The notes below the pieces were generated by a model. The model did not search any database, was not told the origin of the DNA, and saw only the letters and a program-made list of their open reading frames with translations. Made by a program: the position numbers and the translations under genes. Below, piece after piece: positions 61,998 to 64,000 of a DNA stretch of 64,000 nucleotides (position 1 is its first letter; the number at the start of each line of letters is the position of its first letter). The stretch covers positions 1-64,000 of the forward strand of contig CBDBFU010000005.1 of NCBI GenBank assembly GCA_965205025.1, given 5' to 3'. The DNA comes from Candidatus Poribacteria bacterium. GTDB taxonomy: Bacteria; Poribacteria; WGA-4E; WGA-3G.

Positions 61998-62702
61998 ATG
62001 AATGTATTAATTACCTCAGCAGCATCTGAATTATCCAGAAGATTAGCCACAGCAGTATCGGATTCACATACGCTTCGTCTAACAGAACTACAACCTGTAG
62101 ATACTGATTTAGACTTTATTCAGAGCAATTTAGGACATGATGTGTCAACGAATGAATTGGTCAAAGGTATGGATACAATAGTCCATATTGCTGAAATCCC
62201 ACCACCTATTTTAGCAGATGCAAACCAGTCAGATAACTTTCATCTTGATTTTCAGACACGGTGTACCTATAACCTGCTTATGGCTGCATCTGAAGAAGGT
62301 GTGAAACACTTTATTTATGCAAGTACACTCCGATTATTTGAGAATCATGATGAGGATTGGACAGTAAAAGAGAATTGGAGACCACGACCAACTACAGATA
62401 GCGTTGTCCTATCAAAACATCTCGGTGAATTTACATGTAGGGAATTCTCACGCGAAGGTAAGATTAACGTATCTATCCTTAGGCTCGGTACATTGACAAC
62501 TTCTGAGGAAGCTAAAAAAGATACAATTAACTCTATGTGGTTGGAAATTGATGATGCGGTTTCCGCTTTTCAAGGGGCAATTGAGGCACCATCCAGATGG
62601 GGTATATTTCACATTCAATCGGAATTTCCGGGTTCACGTTTTGATATTGGTAATGCAAAAGGTCACCTAAATTTTGAACCAAGATTTGATCCGACAGTAT
62701 AA
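61998..62702 (+). CDS. NAD-dependent epimerase/dehydratase-like SDR, degenerate motifs
   Basis: TYNLLMAA...FIYAST, SKHLGE, ILRLG; Gly-rich motif and catalytic Tyr absent. Confidence 0.75.
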   Translation: MNVLITSAASELSRRLATAVSDSHTLRLTELQPVDTDLDFIQSNLGHDVSTNELVKGMDTIVHIAEIPPPILADANQSDNFHLDFQTRCTYNLLMAASEEGVKHFIYASTLRLFENHDEDWTVKENWRPRPTTDSVVLSKHLGEFTCREFSREGKINVSILRLGTLTTSEEAKKDTINSMWLEIDDAVSAFQGAIEAPSRWGIFHIQSEFPGSRFDIGNAKGHLNFEPRFDPTV

Positions 62703-62737
62703 TCCTATCCAATTAGAAAACAGGAGCAGATAAAGAA

Positions 62738-63466
62738 ATGAAAGTTCTCATTTTAGGTGGAAATGGTTACCTTGGACCCCACGTTGTAAAAGCCTTGGAG
62801 CCTTATTATACTCTCCGTGTAACCGACATCAACGATATTGATACAAATCATGAATCCATGCAGATTGATGTTAGTAATTTAGATCAGGTTTTACGTGCAG
62901 CTGAAGGGATGGATACCATAATCAACTGTTCAGTATTACGTCAGGATAGACAATTGGCTTTTGATGTAAGTACACGTGGATCTTACAATGCTATGCGTGC
63001 TGCTGTTGAACAAGGTATGGATCGTTTGATCAACACTGGTCCTCATTTCACCATCCAAGGTGATGATTATACTACCTATGATTATGAAATCAATCCTGAT
63101 GTTCCTCCACATACAAGTACGGGTCTATATCCATTAACAAAAGGTCTCGGACAGGAAATATGTAAAGTCTTTACAGAGCATTACGACATACACGTGCTAT
63201 GTTACCTATTTCTTAGTTTCCAAGAACATGATAATCAAGCAGAAGGTAGTGATGTAAATCCATTTACTGTGAGTTGGCGTGATGCTGCAGAAGCATTTCG
63301 TTTAGGATTAGAGATCGATTTAAATGAATTACCTTCAAAATGTGAGATCTTTAATATATTCGCTGACTTACCACATCAGCAGTTTTCTAATGCTAAGACT
63401 AAACGAATCTTAGGTTTCAAACCACAAGATAACTTTGACGCTCGGTGGCATAAAAAGAGTGAATAA
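62738..63466 (+). CDS. NAD-dependent epimerase/dehydratase-family SDR
   Basis: GGNGYLG and YPLTK; AGGAG RBS. Confidence 0.85.
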   Translation: MKVLILGGNGYLGPHVVKALEPYYTLRVTDINDIDTNHESMQIDVSNLDQVLRAAEGMDTIINCSVLRQDRQLAFDVSTRGSYNAMRAAVEQGMDRLINTGPHFTIQGDDYTTYDYEINPDVPPHTSTGLYPLTKGLGQEICKVFTEHYDIHVLCYLFLSFQEHDNQAEGSDVNPFTVSWRDAAEAFRLGLEIDLNELPSKCEIFNIFADLPHQQFSNAKTKRILGFKPQDNFDARWHKKSE

Positions 63467-63496
63467 CATTCTTTGTTAATTCTAAAGTAATTTTCT

Positions 63497-64000
63497 ATGG
63501 ATATTAAAATCTATGCTCACCGTGGTGGAATGGGACGCGCTCCAGAGAACACACTTAATTCCTTTCATCAAGCATTCTCTGATGGTGCCGATGGTTTTGA
63601 GTTTGATGTATGTCTTACACAAGATAAACAACCAGTCTTGATCCATGTGGACTTCAACGATGACGATATACGTATTGCAACTGGGTGTACAACTCCATTG
63701 AGTGAACTAACATGGGAGGATGTCCAAAAGATAACAATGTTAGACTCTGACGAACCTGTTGCACATCTTGATGATGCACTCAGGTTTATACGAGAAAACC
63801 AGTTTCCAGGATATCTTGAACCGAAAACAGACATACCTGAAATTCTGCCCATTATTTTAGATCGGATACATCACTTTGAAGTCACTCACCTTGTTAGTAT
63901 TCTCACCTTTTATCATCAGAAACATCTCTTGGTAGATGTAAAAGAACTTGAACCCCAACTCCACACAAGCACAATAGTTATTAATCCTTTCGCCAACTTT
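63497..64000 (+). CDS. Glycerophosphodiester phosphodiesterase family protein (runs off window end)
   Basis: Translated by hand: MDIKIYAHRGGMGRAPENTLNSF...DGFEFDVCLTQD..PVLIH. Confidence 0.9.
   Translation, partial: MDIKIYAHRGGMGRAPENTLNSFHQAFSDGADGFEFDVCLTQDKQPVLIHVDFNDDDIRIATGCTTPLSELTWEDVQKITMLDSDEPVAHLDDALRFIRENQFPGYLEPKTDIPEILPIILDRIHHFEVTHLVSILTFYHQKHLLVDVKELEPQLHTSTIVINPFANF

Overview
AT-rich bacterial window with almost every gene on the + strand. The gene families (extended ECF sigma factors, CBM9/DUF5916 proteins, dense REP/MITE mosaics) suggest a lineage like Candidatus Poribacteria, but that is inference. In order: (1) the distal complex I operon nuoH-J-K-L-M-N, with no nuoI here and with two inserted genes, a tandem DUF5069-like protein and an IT-superfamily Na+/H+ antiporter-like protein; (2) ABC transporters and four ECF sigma loci, one followed by a divergent DnaN clamp paralogue, one fused to a truncated FtsZ GTPase domain and one with a long helical extension; (3) CBM9/DUF5916 outer-membrane proteins and an S9 peptidase; (4) a defence island between two paralogous glycoside-hydrolase-like genes, holding three TIR-like genes, type III R-M mod and res, and a rearranged array of coiled-coil membrane proteins; (5) a complete F1Fo ATP synthase operon with an unusual c subunit; (6) HicB-like, HIT, SDR and GDPD genes. 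The intergenic DNA holds several families of small nested mobile repeats, including a MITE with both filled and empty sites, an element that duplicates a 20-21 bp REP target, and a 35-36 bp module that inserts into other repeats. The frameshifts in nuoH and nuoN look like homopolymer sequencing errors. No rRNA, tRNA or CRISPR array was seen. All family assignments come from recognising motifs by eye, not from database searches.
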